Assembly: GCA_963665325.3 (NCBI GenBank)
Contig: CAXXWS020000003.1
Coordinates: 160,001 to 224,000 of the forward strand
Direction: 5' to 3'
DNA length: 64,000 bases
Source of the DNA: Alphaproteobacteria bacterium
Lineage (GTDB): Bacteria; Pseudomonadota; Alphaproteobacteria; Bin95
Part shown: piece by piece, positions 63,001 to 64,000 of the stretch
How the letters are laid out: each line of letters starts with the position of its first letter
Numbering within the stretch: position 1 is the stretch's first letter
Made by a program: the position numbers and the translations under genes
Notes under the pieces: generated by a model
What the model was told of the DNA's origin: nothing
The model's input: the letters and a program-made list of their open reading frames with translations, nothing else
Database searches by the model: none

Positions 63001-64000
63001 CGGTGAGAGCGGGGATCATGTGGCTGACGGTCGAGCCTGACGAAACGGTCGCTTGACGGGCGTCGGTCGCCGCATCGGCAAAGGATTCGGCGCCGGATTT
63101 CCATTGCACCTTGTAGCCGCCGGCGCCGGCGACCGCCGACCACCTGACAGTCAATGAACCCTGGTCGGGCGTGGCCGTCACGCCCATCACCTGCGACGGC
63201 GGACTCTCGTCGTCGGCGATGGTCACCTGCGCGGTACAGCCGTTCGTGCATACGGCCACACCTGGCGGCACCCCGCTGTCGAGAACCAGTACCTCGAAGT
63301 TCTCGTCACCTTCGACATCCGTGTCATCGATCAATTCGAGATCGAGTGCCTTGGTTGCCACGTAACGGTCACCTGAAGCCGCGAAATCTGAGGCCGCGAA
63401 GCGCACTAGCTGCTGTTGTGGAAAGTTGTAGTCCTGAGTTCTCGTGGCGGATCCCGCGTTGCTGCGCACGATGAGTCTCAGGTCCGCCATGTTCGTCGGC
63501 TCGGGCACGCCCGCTGCCGTTTCCGCAACGAGATTGAGCGTCACCGTGCCGGCATTCTCGAGAAAACCGTAGCTGCTGCGGTCAAGGGTGATGTCGAGGG
63601 CCGGATTGGCGGCCACCATGTTGACGGTGGATGAATCGTTGCTGCCGGAATCGTAGCCGACGCCGGATGCGATGGTGGCAGTCAGCGTGCCGTCGGCGTC
63701 AACGCCAGGTCTGAAGTCGTCGAGCCCGAGGGTGAGAGTCGCAGATGCCTGGTTGGCCGGAATGGTTACGGTTTGCGACAGTCTGGAAGCCGTCAGAAAC
63801 TCCTGGCTCTGAGTGAGGGTGACGGCCACCTCGAGCGGTGCGGCGCCGACCGGCGTTCGCGTCACGGTGAAACCCACGTCTTCGAGGACGAAGGGGACGC
63901 GCGAGTCGACACTGGCAATCGAGACGGTCGATGATTCGCGCGTCACCGTCAGGGTGTAGGTGCTCTCGGGCCGGGGCGGTCTTGCCGCCTTGACGGTGAT

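Larger units (their letters stand above)
45675..64000 (-). pseudogene. Giant repetitive autotransporter adhesin (>4,600 aa reconstructed; 5' end outside window), interrupted by the 52823-57206 transposon
   Basis: Cadherin-like, Calx-beta, FN3, SwmB-like, Ig/He_PIG modules and C-terminal barrel (WLSRFGRTVA...GLRHDGGDAETG...LRW*); halves rejoin in frame after removing 4,388 bp. Confidence 0.87.

Noticed and set aside
45675-64000. Diversity-generating retroelement acting on the adhesin
   Set aside because: No reverse transcriptase in the window and no adenine-specific differences noticed between repeats

Overview
GC-rich proteobacterial (probably alphaproteobacterial) chromosome segment in two parts. 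1-26.5 kb is ordinary metabolic backbone: TRAP transporter, DMT exporter, exported cyclophilin, acyl-CoA ligase, phnA, trxB, an SDR/OYE/enolase-superfamily catabolic operon, alaX-sseA-metC, a stand-alone HEPN protein, FMO, DinB, AraC plus hydrolase, the large NAD-glutamate dehydrogenase and a 3'-truncated hydantoinase B. From about 26.56 kb to the window end is a decaying accessory island for cell-surface functions. It holds an intimin-like inverse autotransporter gene broken by IS630, IS5 and a frameshift, IS66 and IS21-type remnants, an outer-membrane beta-barrel gene divergent from a GAF-PAS-HK-REC-wHTH hybrid regulator, and a complete IS21. It also holds a MacAB-TolC-like export cluster whose adaptor carries an N-terminal PAS domain, with reciprocally degenerate duplicates. 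The island ends in a giant (>4,600 aa) repetitive autotransporter adhesin with 2.5 copies of a 1,863-bp repeat that look identical by eye. That gene is interrupted by a 4,384-bp four-gene transposon (Zn-finger/HTH, DDE transposase, ExeA-type ATPase, RepA-like ATPase with GTTACC repeats). All assignments come from motif reading by eye; no database searches were run.
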